Positions 1-11,029 of a DNA stretch of 64,000 nucleotides are shown piece after piece. Position 1 is the first letter of the stretch. The number at the start of each line of letters is the position of its first letter. The notes below the pieces were generated by a model. It was not told the origin of the DNA and searched no databases. It was given only the letters and a program-made list of their open reading frames with translations. The stretch comes from Dicyema japonicum. Taxonomy: Eukaryota; Animalia; Dicyemida. Where the stretch lies: assembly GCA_011109175.1 (NCBI GenBank), contig RDEW01000032.1, forward strand, positions 403,334 through 467,333, in the 5' to 3' direction. A program made the position numbers and the translations under genes.

Positions 1-174
1 AAATTAGTTGTTCAAAGAATTTTGATAAAAAAGGAAAATAAAATAAATCTATAAAGTTTGAATATATCAAATAAAAAAAAAGTAAGATAAAAAGAATTGA
101 TGTCTAGAAAATAATCATTAATTTTATGATGTAAATAAAGAAACCATTTTATTACCAAACAAAGAACCACTGAA

Positions 175-2305
175 TCAAACTAATTAATATTATCGATCGA
201 TACACCTTCTGTCTTTAATGTAGTAGTAGAGGCTAGAGCTATGATTAGTAATGAAACCTGCTGTTGTCGACTGAGTAATAGAAGCTAGGGAAATGACAAG
301 TCACTATACCATCATTAAATGGAGTGGTAGAAGCTAACGTTAATGAAAAATCATCATACCTGCATTCGTCGACGAAGTAATAGAAGCTAAAGAAATGACT
401 AGTCATTATACATTCAACCAATGGAAAAAAAAAAGCTGAGGTTTATGAAAAATCATTTTACCTTTTAGTGTCGTCAGAGTAGTAGAAGCTAGGGAAATGA
501 CAAGTCACTATACCATTTGTCAATTTAATGGTAGAAGCTAACGTTAATAAAAAGTCATTATACCTGCTGTCGTCGAAGGAGTTGTAGAAGCTAGGGAAAT
601 GACTAGTCACTATACCATTAATCAATTTAGTGGTAGAAGCTAACGTTAATGATAAGTCATTATACCTGCAATCGTTGACGGAGTAGTGGAAGCTAGGGAA
701 ATGACAAGTCACTATACCATTAGTCAATTGAGTGGTAGAAGCTAACGTTAATAAAAAGTCATTATACCTGCTGTCGTCGAAGGAGTTGTAGAAGCTAGGG
801 AAATGACTAGTCACTATACCATTAGTCAAATTAGTGGTAGAAGCTAACGTTAATGAAAAGTCATTATACCTGCTGTCGTCGAAGGAGTTGTAGAAGCTAG
901 GGAAATGACTAGTCACTATACCATTAGTCAAATTAGTGGTAGAAGCTAACGTTAATGAAAAGTCATTATACCTGCTGTCGTCGAAGGAGTTGTAGAAGCT
1001 AGGGAAATGACTAGTCACTATACCATTAGTCAAATTAGTGGTAGAAGCTAACGTTAATGAAAAGTCATTATACCTGCTGTCGTCGAAGGAGTTGTAGAAG
1101 CTAGGGAAATGACTAGTCACTATACCATTAGTCAATTTAGTGGTAGAAGATAACGTTAATGATAAGTCATTATACCTGCAATCGTCGACGTAGTAGTAGA
1201 TGCTAGAAAAATGAATAGTGATTATACCATCAGTCAATGGAGTGGTGGAATCTAACGTTAATGAAAAATCATCATACCTGCTGTTGTCGACTGAGTAATA
1301 GAAGCTGGGGAAATGACTAGTCACTATACCATCTGTCAATGGAGTGGTAGAAGCTAACGTTAATGATAAGTCATTATACCTGCAATCGTCGATTGAGTAG
1401 TAGAAGCTAGGGAAATGAAAAGTCATTAAACCATTAGTAAATAGAGTGGTAGAAGCTAATGTTAATAAACAGTCACTATACCTGCAGTCATCGACGGAGT
1501 AGTAGAATCTAGAGAATTGACTAGTCACTATACCATTAGTCAAATTAGTGGTAGAAGCTAACGTTAATGAAAAGTCATTATACCTGCTGTCGTCGAAGGA
1601 GTTGTAGAAGCTAGGGAAATGACTAGTCACTATACCATTAGTCAAATTAGTGGTAGAAGCTAACGTTAATGAAAAGTCATTATACCTGCTGTCGTCGAAG
1701 GAGTTGTAGAAGCTAGGGAAATGACTAGTCACTATACCATTAGTCAAATTAGTGGTAGAAGCTAACGTTAATGAAAAGTCATTATACCTGCTGTCGTCGA
1801 AGGAGTTGTAGAAGCTAGGGAAATGACTAGTCACTATACCATTAGTCAATTTAGTGGTAGAAACTAACGTTAATAAAAAGTCATTATACCTGCGGTCGAC
1901 GAAGGAGTAATAGAAGCTAGGGAAATGACTAGTCACTATACCATTAGTCAAATTAGTGGTAGAAGCTAACGTTAATGATAAATCATTATACCTGATTTCG
2001 TCGACGAATTAATAGAAGCTAAAGAAATGACTAGTCATCATACATTCAGCCAATGGAAAAATAAAAGCTGAGGTTTTGAAAAATCATTTTACCTCTTAGT
2101 GTCGACAGAGTAGTAGAAGCTAGGGAAATGTCTAGTCATTATACCTGTTGTCGTCGACGGTGTAGTAGAATCTTTATCGTCTATTAATTAAAATTTACAT
2201 TACTTTTTGCTACCAAACGTAATCCAATCTCTAATAATCAAAATTTACAATTTACTGGAAAATATATCGAAGAATAACAAAAGACTGACTAATATCATTC
2301 AACAT
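175..2305 (-). CDS. Ser/Thr-rich mucin-like glycoprotein encoded by tandem micro-exons (24/27 nt) separated by 25/26-nt introns; N- and C-terminal exons uncertain
   Basis: Between 180 and 2144, 39 regularly spaced GT...AG blocks of 25-26 nt (e.g. 285-309 GTATAGTGACTTGTCATTTCCCTAG, 334-359 GTATGATGATTTTTCATTAACGTTAG) alternate with 24- or 27-nt exons, all phase 1. Removing them gives a stop-free (ASTTNLTN ASTTPSTTA)-type repeat with NLT/NAS sequons. One acceptor (1150) is mutated. ATG at 2305 and stop at 177-175 are my best guess. Confidence 0.85.
180..2144. repeat. Tandem repeat with a 102-bp period made of two ~51-bp exon+intron subunits
   Basis: aggagttgta recurs at 781 and 883 (102 bp apart). 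Near-identical units span 742-1125 and 1534-1863, with more diverged units at 1150-1530 and at both ends. Confidence 0.98.
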
Positions 2306-2812
2306 TTCCGTCTGTGTTCGATTATAAATGTTCATCAAAGAATTTGACCTTATTTATTGTGAGTCCGACTGAATTCCATACACCTAAAAAGATATTTGCT
2401 TATATCTCGATTTAATTTCTTCCTCTCACTAATCTCACTTCACGTAATGAAAACGTTCTTTTTTATCTCTGATGACATCAAAAAAATTTTTGTCTAAGGA
2501 GAAAATAACAATCAAAACTAACTTCACAATCATATTTGTTCACAAAAGAGACTCCTGACAAACACCACAGATTTTAACATTACCCTATAAGACGTTATGA
2601 GAAAGACGATAAGACGTTATGTACATATTTTCAATAAACAATGTTATGAGAAATAAACGTGTCAATCAATTTATGTGCTATTATAAAAATAAGGATTAAC
2701 GATATATCAATGCAATATTAGCGCATTCCCACACAGCCCAGAGCCAAATTCGTTCATCTGTGATCGCATTCAATAAATTTATCGTTGGCTTCATTGACCT
2801 TAATATAGAAAA

Positions 2813-4804
2813 TTAAAAATAATACATATCGAAATCAAAGTCGTACTCAAAATCATGATATTTAATAAACTGAAATATTTTTTCTAGAATGGGTTCGTAT
2901 GGATTCAAATCGCTAAAATCTGAATTCATAAAAATAGGGAAAATATCATTTGGATCAATTAATATCTGGCATAGACAACTTAAAATAGAATAGCCAAAAA
3001 TTAGATATTTAGAGTAGTCCATATTTCTTTTCAATAAAACAAAAATTTTACAATATAAAATTTATTAGACCATATGCTGATATTAAATATCTGGTGTTTA
3101 AGCCTATAGCTATATTCTCGACAATTTTAATTACGGCAACTCTTATATATTTGAAATCACATTGAGATACATTATATCTTTCGAAAAAATAATAAATATA
3201 ATGAATTCCATTATAATCGAGAAACAAATTCATATTCTTTTCATTTTCGTCTAAATAAAATATATTTTAAATACCTATAAGAAAATTCAACAAAAAAAAT
3301 TTGCCTGTAATACTTTGATCTCCTGTTTTAAGATGTTCAACACAAGACTAAAATTATATTGTCATATGAACTTCGACAAGTCTTTCAGAATAGGCAATAT
3401 AGGCTAGAAGGTCTGTACTCTTATTTTTTATGATTAATTTAATTTCATGTGAATTAAAGGTATACCAGCATTTAAGATTTATCAATATAATTGATAGTGC
3501 AGGTAACTAAAATAAGAATTAACTAACAAAAGATATTTTCTGCGGTTTAAATTTTAGTACATGCTTAATACAATCGTATAAATCAAATATCAATATATTG
3601 TATAATTCATTGTCATTGGATATAATATCAAGAAAAACATCTAAAATAAAGCTATGGATGATTTTTACTAATACCAACTAATGCCATATGAAATAGAATT
3701 TTGTCTGATTATTTTGAATATAATAATTTTGAAAAATCTATTAACATACAGGTACCGACAAATCAACTAAATTTATATTTTAAAATACTTTCAAAAATGG
3801 TTTTACTAATTTATTTCCAATTTCCACTTCACTATGAATAATCTTGCGAATAGCATAGGACAAAAGTTTGAATTTATTATGCAAGTGTTGAGTAAACGAG
3901 GCTAAGTTATTTATAATTGATTGCAGATCAATCTATATTCTTTTATAAATATACAGAATTGCTTATACTTTTACTGAAATGTAAAACTTTGCTATGGTGA
4001 AATTTTACAAATCCTTTTTTTCTTATTCGTCTAAATTTATTAAAATCATAACTTTGATAACTTTTTTAATACTTTTCCTTTAATAAAATATCCAGTTAAA
4101 TTTACGCAAGTTAGATTATTGGCTTTTTTGAATATAGAAAAGAAATTAAAGTCATATCCTTTCAAATTCCTATCACTTGTATGAATGAAATATCTAAATT
4201 TAATGTAAATAAACCTTAAAGAGTCTGGATTGTTAAAGCTTTCTGTAAATTCCTCAAAATCAGTAATTAAGACATTGTGAAAATTTATGCGTTCCAGTTT
4301 GTCAATTATTTTTAGTGTATTTCTATAAATAGTCGTACCGCTATTGAGTCCAAGTAGGTTGAGTATCCTTATTTTTCTAAAACCAGTCATAAATAGCTGA
4401 TGTAGCAAATCTGGGTCATCATACTCCAATAGTGTGAATGATTTGATCTCATTTGAAAAAAATGGAAGAAAAAGATTCTTTTCTGATGAAATAATCCTTC
4501 TTATTGTAATATTTGATAAGTTTGGATAAAATTGAATCATCTTAACAACGTCCATAACTTCAACATCTTCACGGGTCAATTCAAGGCAAAAAATGTCCTT
4601 CTGTACTTCTTCTGGAATCCTATAAAAACTTGAAAATGTAGAAGATTGATCTTTCTCAGGACGTGAATTCAAATATTTAAGTTCATTAAGGATTCTATTG
4701 GAAAACATTTTTTTAGACTTGCTGTTTAATTTTATATATTTTTGTCCATTCAAGTGTCTTCTAATATTATTAATGCAAAATGCATATAATGATGGTGTAT
4801 CCAT
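2813..4804 (-). CDS. ZYG11: ZYG-11/ZER1-family protein (Cullin2-ElonginBC substrate receptor: BC-box, LRRs, ARM-like C-terminus), 10 exons, 595 aa
   Basis: Hand splicing of GT-AG introns at 4031-4052, 3933-3954, 3767-3788, 3652-3674, 3540-3560, 3507-3527, 3348-3371, 3251-3274 and 3027-3051 joins track ORFs 4046-4804, 3048-3233 and 2813-3034 into one stop-free 1788-nt frame. It has an N-terminal BC-box-like PSLYAFCINNI and LRR-like segments. The C-terminal LLNFLIDE...FLDYNGIHYIYYFFERY...AVIKIVENIA resembles ZYG11 LWNLTDE...FIENQGLELFMRVLESF...KVLGLLNNIA as I recall it. The 12-nt exon 3528-3539 is the least certain part. Confidence 0.75.
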
Positions 4805-5239
4805 TTATCAACTTGAATATATTTTGATGACCTCAATATAAATTTTTATATTTTATATTTGAATTTCATAAAATTTTATTATTTTTATGATAAATAATAC
4901 ATTTTTCGAATTTATCAAAGAAAGCATTTATAAGGAAATTAAATACCTACCGAACATTAGAACTAGTTGATGTAATTTCTTTTGCAACTTCATTCTCAAA
5001 ATTCAGATCAATTCACTATATTTCTTGAATAGGTAGCATGTACATAAACGGATGGTATCCGATGATTGATTTACATAGAAATTACGAGATTATATATAAA
5101 ATAGACACGTGCCTCAGTATCCTGTGTAAGTTATACATTCGTATGAATAGATTTCATACCGTTTTTGTGTCAGTCAGCATGATTTCGAACTCATTTTCAA
5201 TACAACGTATTGAATTAAGGACTCGTTGACTTATTCATC

Positions 5240-5560
5240 GGATAATGATCCATAAACCTTTTGAAAAAAATCTTCAAAGAAGCGTGCTCATAGAGGCGTT
5301 TAGCCACGAGAGTATTCTACATCTTCGTGAGGAAGAACTGTGAGCTTAGGGTGGACATGAGGCTATTTCATACCATATAAGTTTTATCTTTGGAAGAATG
5401 AATTAATCTTCATTCAACATTTTTGTAGTTTATAATTAAAATAGACATTCTATCGAAGGACTATTTTCCTCTGAAAGTTATGAGATTGAAATTATGGTTA
5501 CTTGTAGTGTCTTAGAACACAGTCCAATTGGTATAGCGGCAATTTTAAAGGTAACAAGCT
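5240..5560 (+). mobile_element. Possible degraded RLE-type (R4-like) non-LTR fragment
   Basis: Broken frames give NCELRVDMRL and EIMVTC, resembling the IEIRVDT...IEVGIT stretch of the better copy at 18900-19532. Confidence 0.25.
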
Positions 5561-6379
5561 TAAGTTTTTTTGGGACTTGTTAAAATTGGCTTTTCTAAAA
5601 GCAATTAACTTTTCCGACTTAAAGGTAACTTAAACAAGGTACTTTCCTACCTCAGTTTTTTGGTAGATATCGTGTCTACCTATAAACTGAGTTCATATAA
5701 TTCTCAGGATATTTTCTGATAAGTCTTAACTTTTTCAGTGACCTTCTTGATCGAACACAGCTTTGTAGTAGTAACAATTTATTTTTTTATTTAAACACAA
5801 AGACTACCAAGAAAGAAAAGTTAAACCCACTAATTGGGTAATCCCAGTCTCCAACATCTCCGAGTTCTTCTTGAATGTTTCACCAGCGACCCAACTGCTC
5901 CGGAAGTTTTTTCTTTTTTGTCTGGAAAGGAATTCTATTGGGGAGCACTTTTTATGGCAGATCAGAATTCTTCTGGATGAGTTACCATATCTCTGAATGG
6001 TTTTCCTAACTCATTACAAAAGCAAAAGAATCCCTGCCAATTCTCAGCGACTCTATTTAGAAAGGAGACTGGTGATGAATGAACTCTGCTTGCATGAGCC
6101 ATAACAATTGACAAATATTTTATTTTAAAATTTTAAGCATTAAAAAAATTAATAAAAATTTTGACTTTATCGACTTTAAAATTAAATATTAACGGAACTT
6201 TACACTACAAATTTTTTGATTTTTTACCACATAGCGCCAAAGTTAGTGTGGTGCTATGTGGCTACATGAATTAAAGATTACTTGTTTGATTCTTCCGTTC
6301 CTCCTCTTTTCCATTGGCTTCAGTTAGCTTCAATTGCTATCGTGAGTCATGGTTTACCATCTCTGGTGTCGCCAGATTT

Positions 6380-8505
6380 CCATAAATAACCATTAGTCAA
6401 CAACCACCTAAAGGAGTTCCCCCTGGACGGAATCTTCCTCAAGTCCAAGCATGTAAAGACTGCTGAGGGATACAGTTACTTAGAAGAAAGATGGATTGCT
6501 CATAACAAGCTTTATGCGGCGTCAGACATAACACTCGAAGTAAGATCCTTGATGTGACAGGGACGGATACTACCGCTGCTGCGGCTAAAAGTATAAATGG
6601 AACAATTGACTTTATATTCCATACACAAAATTCAGTTTCAGTGGTCATCATGTTTACATGAAAGCAGAGTAGCGACTTTGCCTGCCCGGTCTTGACGGGT
6701 AGGCGTTGAAACTCACGTGATGACAAATGCGGAAGTATGTCAGGTTTATATGAATATCAAAAGGAAAAGAAGATTAGCAAGATATCGATGCGAGGTGGAT
6801 GGCGACCAAGAACTTAAACTCAAGTCTTCAGATCGCATTCTTAGACGCCCAGTCGTGTAATAAAAAAGGAGTTTTATCAAGAGTATTGGTTCCAGGTTAA
6901 ACTGACGACGGTCAGTTGTAAACATAAGAATTTAATAGATTATGGTATTCAAGTGTTCTTGAAAGAATGTAGAAGCAATGGTGATATGATGACGTGACGT
7001 AGTAATGTATTCTCGTTAGTCCGCAACTTGACAAATATAGGTTAAAAAGTGCCGAGAGAACTGAGCCTTAATGAATTCCATCATGTAGGAGGCATCCGTA
7101 ACGTGAGTTAGAAGAAATCATGATGGAACGTCCAAGACGGTCAGATAGGAACGTGAACAGCCACGACTTTATCCGATAAGGAATCTCTGTGTCGAGAATC
7201 TTGTTTCTCAATACGCAACTGGATGTTCTGTCGAAAACTTTATCTGCAGAATTATGAACATATTGTCTCTTACAATGAAATCCTTTCATAGTAGGGAGCT
7301 GGCTTATCTTCGCATGACCATTAATAAGTTGGCCTCGGAATGATGACACACTTGAGAGACTAGTTGAGTGAGATTCACCTGAAATTGCAAGCCTTAGTAA
7401 CCTGATGCTGTTATTGCTTGAAAAAGGTACATCGTGCTAATAGGAAAATTCTCTCAGATATATATTCCAGATAGCAGCTCCAAAAACTGCGAATGTTTTC
7501 TGCGAGAAGCATTTGCCACGTTGTATTGACGATAAGGAGGAAATTGAGATTCCATCAGCTGATGTGTCTAACATCTAGACATTTAAAGGAAGACCATTGG
7601 ATAAACGGGCAAGTTATAGAGTCTATTGACTGTCTGGGATATATTTTGTAGTACGTAAGAGCTATGGTGGATTTTTGTATTATTAATATTACCTTTCGAT
7701 ATATGCGGAGTCGAAAGAGCACTTTCAAAACCAATTCTCTTGATCGCCAAAACTGATGAAAACAAAAGTTCAGGGCTAAAATTTAGGAAGTCTTAAAAAA
7801 CACTCATTTTGTGGTCTCAGCGATATGGTATTACAAAAATAAGGTATTACAAAAATAAGTCTCAATAAAAAGTGTGAAACATAATCAGGCCGACCCACAA
7901 CATTACTTTTAGTAATCGTACAAATTTTTATCCAACATTTTAATAATAAACGGATTCAACGGTGGTTTAAACTCACTCAATAGGAACATAAAAATGTCGA
8001 AAAGTGACTAAGCAATACCCCCAAAGTATAAAAGCAGGAACACATTCCTTCAATGTGCTATTCATCTTCATAATCAGCAATGAAATGGCACTAAATACAA
8101 CCAAACGGTCTACAAGTGCTAAAAAGTATCTTTCAGTTATTCTCTACTTTTAAATTTTCAATCCTCCCGGACAAATTCTGTGACTCCAATTTCCTGACAC
8201 GGTTCAGTTTCTGTGTATATATAGTTGTCAAATTTTGAATAACAGTCAAGTGCCTAATGATGTACTCGTTGTTTAAATCTTTGATCTTCTTGTTCATTTC
8301 CTTGTTCTCTTCGTCGGCATTTTTATTATAATCTTTCATGGAAAATTGAAGTCGCGCAAACTATCATTAAATGTGAATTATTAATTTAAAAAAATGTAAT
8401 AAATAATAAAATTTTAAATTTGAATTTTATTTTAAAAACTGTGTTTATTCTCATTGGGCTTTTTAAAGTAAAAAAAGAATAACCTTGTAGTAGGCCCTAG
8501 TAACA
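6380..8505 (-). mobile_element. Degraded, internally deleted CR1/L2-like LINE (coiled-coil ORF1 remnant plus RT remnant)
   Basis: Coiled-coil ORF 8133-8339. RT-like KVFDR...LRNKILD...IPYRIKSWLFTFLSDR at 7068-7349. A homologous copy lies at 42068-43780. Confidence 0.65.
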
Positions 8506-10830
8506 TACATGTATTGGGATACCAGTGTCACAAAATTGATATTGCCATGCTACAGGAATCGAAACTATCAAGAAAGTCAACGCTTCCACACTGCCATGAT
8601 CGACCGATTCAACCAGAGGAGGCGGTGTTCTCATATTCATACACAAATCTATTTCATTCCCCGATTATTCCGTTCAGACACAAGCTTTGTTTGAAAGATA
8701 ACGATCACATCGAACTACTTCGTGTTAGTGAAATAAACCACACAAGGTATACATTTGTAAATATTTACATCCCGCCACCAAGTTCCGGTATGAAACATTA
8801 CTCCCCAAAACTAACCGAATTGCAAAAGATTGAAAATGTGATAATCTGCGGAGACCTAAATGCAAAAGATCCTCTCTGGATAATTGGCCAAAAGAGTAAT
8901 GAGAAGGGGTTTCATATCCTTTCTCAACTAGAACAATTATCCTCATTGACAGGAAATCATACACTCGAACAGTTACCAGACATGGAGACTCTAATACATT
9001 ACCCGACCATACACTATGTTTTCCATCACTATCTTCGGCGATATCTTGGAGAATTGTAAATACCTACACTCGGACCATAATCCAATTTTACTGTCAATCG
9101 AACTACTCTCGCCTATTGAATAACGAATTTCAAACGTGCGAAATGGGATTCATTCAGAGAAAAAACAGAAAAATTTCTATCCGACCTTTTTCGTTGAGAA
9201 TTTCAAATCGCTTGACACCGCATTGAAATTTTTTAATGAGTTTATCCTTAGTGCTGACAAGAAATACATTCCAAGAGGACTCATTGCAGATTATATTCCC
9301 AATTTCACTAAGGAAATTATTGAAAAGATTCATACAAGACGTCGACTCAAAAAATCAAGAATTTATTCGGAGACGAACTATCCAACCTTAATAGCGAAAT
9401 TACAGAATTAATCAATAAGAAAAAATTGGAACGTTGAACAATTTCATCAGAAAATTAACCACCGAACAAAACTAAAGAATTTTTAGGCACTTTACGTGGA
9501 ATTTAGTCGAAACAAAATAGAATAAAGACAAGCCACGCCTCCAATATTGACAAACATCAAACACCACGTTATTTCACTTATCAGGCAGATGTCATAATGG
9601 TCCACTACGCAAAAGTGGGTCTCATAGATATGAACAAATGCTCTCGTCCATGCAAATTAAAAAACGTTCAAACTCCTCAAGGAAAACCGATTAAAATCAG
9701 TACGTCGGATGTCGAAAACTCATCAAAATCGCCAAAAACTCTCCTGCCAAAGGGCTTGATGGAATCTACATTTAAACACCTGGGAGCGCAAGGACTCTGC
9801 CAAAGGGCTTGATGGAATCTGCATTTAAACACCTGGAGCGCAAGGACTCAAAGCAATAACAGACATAATTTCTGTTTCCATCAACATTTGCAGAATTCTT
9901 GTACTATGGAAAAAATTCAAAATAATCCCAATCTTGAGCCCAAGAAGATCCTTCGGATCCGGGATCTATCAGACCAATTTCACTACTATTTGTCGTATCG
10001 AAAATTTTTGAATGTGTTGTACTGAAACTAATATAGAAGTATCTTCCTCGATTTTCAACATGGCTTTCGTCATCAATACACAACATTAACACATCTCTCT
10101 ACCCTTACTCAATATATCGCTGATGGTTTAACAATTATAATCCTCCCAAACGGAATATCCTGTATCGATCGAACATCAAAACGCGTGTTAAGTAACAAAA
10201 TTCTTGTATCTGGAATTCCTCCATGTCTACAGAATTGGTTAACAAATTTCCTTTCTGGAAAAATTGGTCGAGGTGAAATTACGTCATCTCTATCCCAATA
10301 AAGACTTTTCCAAGTGGAGTTCCCCAAGGCTCCGTTTTATCACCCACCTTATTTAACTTACATTTAAGCGACATTCCAATCAATTCCAAGACACTTCTAC
10401 TATTGTATGTGGATGACATGATTGTGGCCTCTACAGACAAAGACGTTAACGAAGCAACAAAAATGTTCAGATCCACTTGAACACTCTTGAAGAGTGGCTT
10501 GGAGCAAACCACCTATCCCCCTCTCCATCTAAATCCACCGTCACTGTATTCACTATCAACCGCCGTCAACTAAATTTTCACTCAATTTTAACAATTTATG
10601 GACAACCACTCACCGTTACGAAACATCCTAAAATACATAGAGTTATTTATGACCAACTACTAACTTTCTCTAAACATGTGAAGGAACAATTACAAAGGCC
10701 TCTCACAATATCAACATACTTGAATCTGTGTCAAATCATTCCTTTGGCCAAAGCAAAAAAATCTCTAACCACCATATATAGACAATTCATTCAAACAACT
10801 ATTAACTAAGATATCTTGCCATGGTCTCCA
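8505..10830 (+). mobile_element. Jockey/I-like LINE, endonuclease plus RT, heavily frameshifted
   Basis: EEP endonuclease motifs IAMLQESKL, FVNIYIPP and IICGDLNAK (8514-9059). RT motifs GVPQGSVLSPTLFNLHLSDIP (~10315-10380) and YVDDMIVA (~10405). Confidence 0.85.
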
Positions 10831-11029
10831 ATGAATGTCATTGAATAAATAAAAAACTGGATAAAAAAATAATGAACTTTCCGAACATAGTCTACTTGTA
10901 TCTCAGACATGGACAAAAGTGGAGTTATACAGAGATCAATCCTCAGTCACCCGCTGTTCAACATTGTCATGGTAAACTTTCCTATGACAAATTTTCCAAG
11001 CTCGAGAATATTAATTTACTCAGCAAGAC

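Noticed and set aside
458-1951. Annotating the 497-aa track ORF as the gene product
   Set aside because: It reads through GT-AG blocks whose ends are conserved across diverged units, and the spliced frame gives a far more coherent S/T glycoprotein. Kept only as a possible secondary product.
180-2144. CRISPR-like array (regular ~25-nt repeats with ~25-nt spacers)
   Set aside because: The 'spacers' are themselves repeats, the context is eukaryotic, and there are no cas genes.
6227-6261. 13-bp hairpin as a Helitron 3' end or terminator
   Set aside because: There is no CTRR terminus at the expected distance on either strand and no other Helitron feature nearby.
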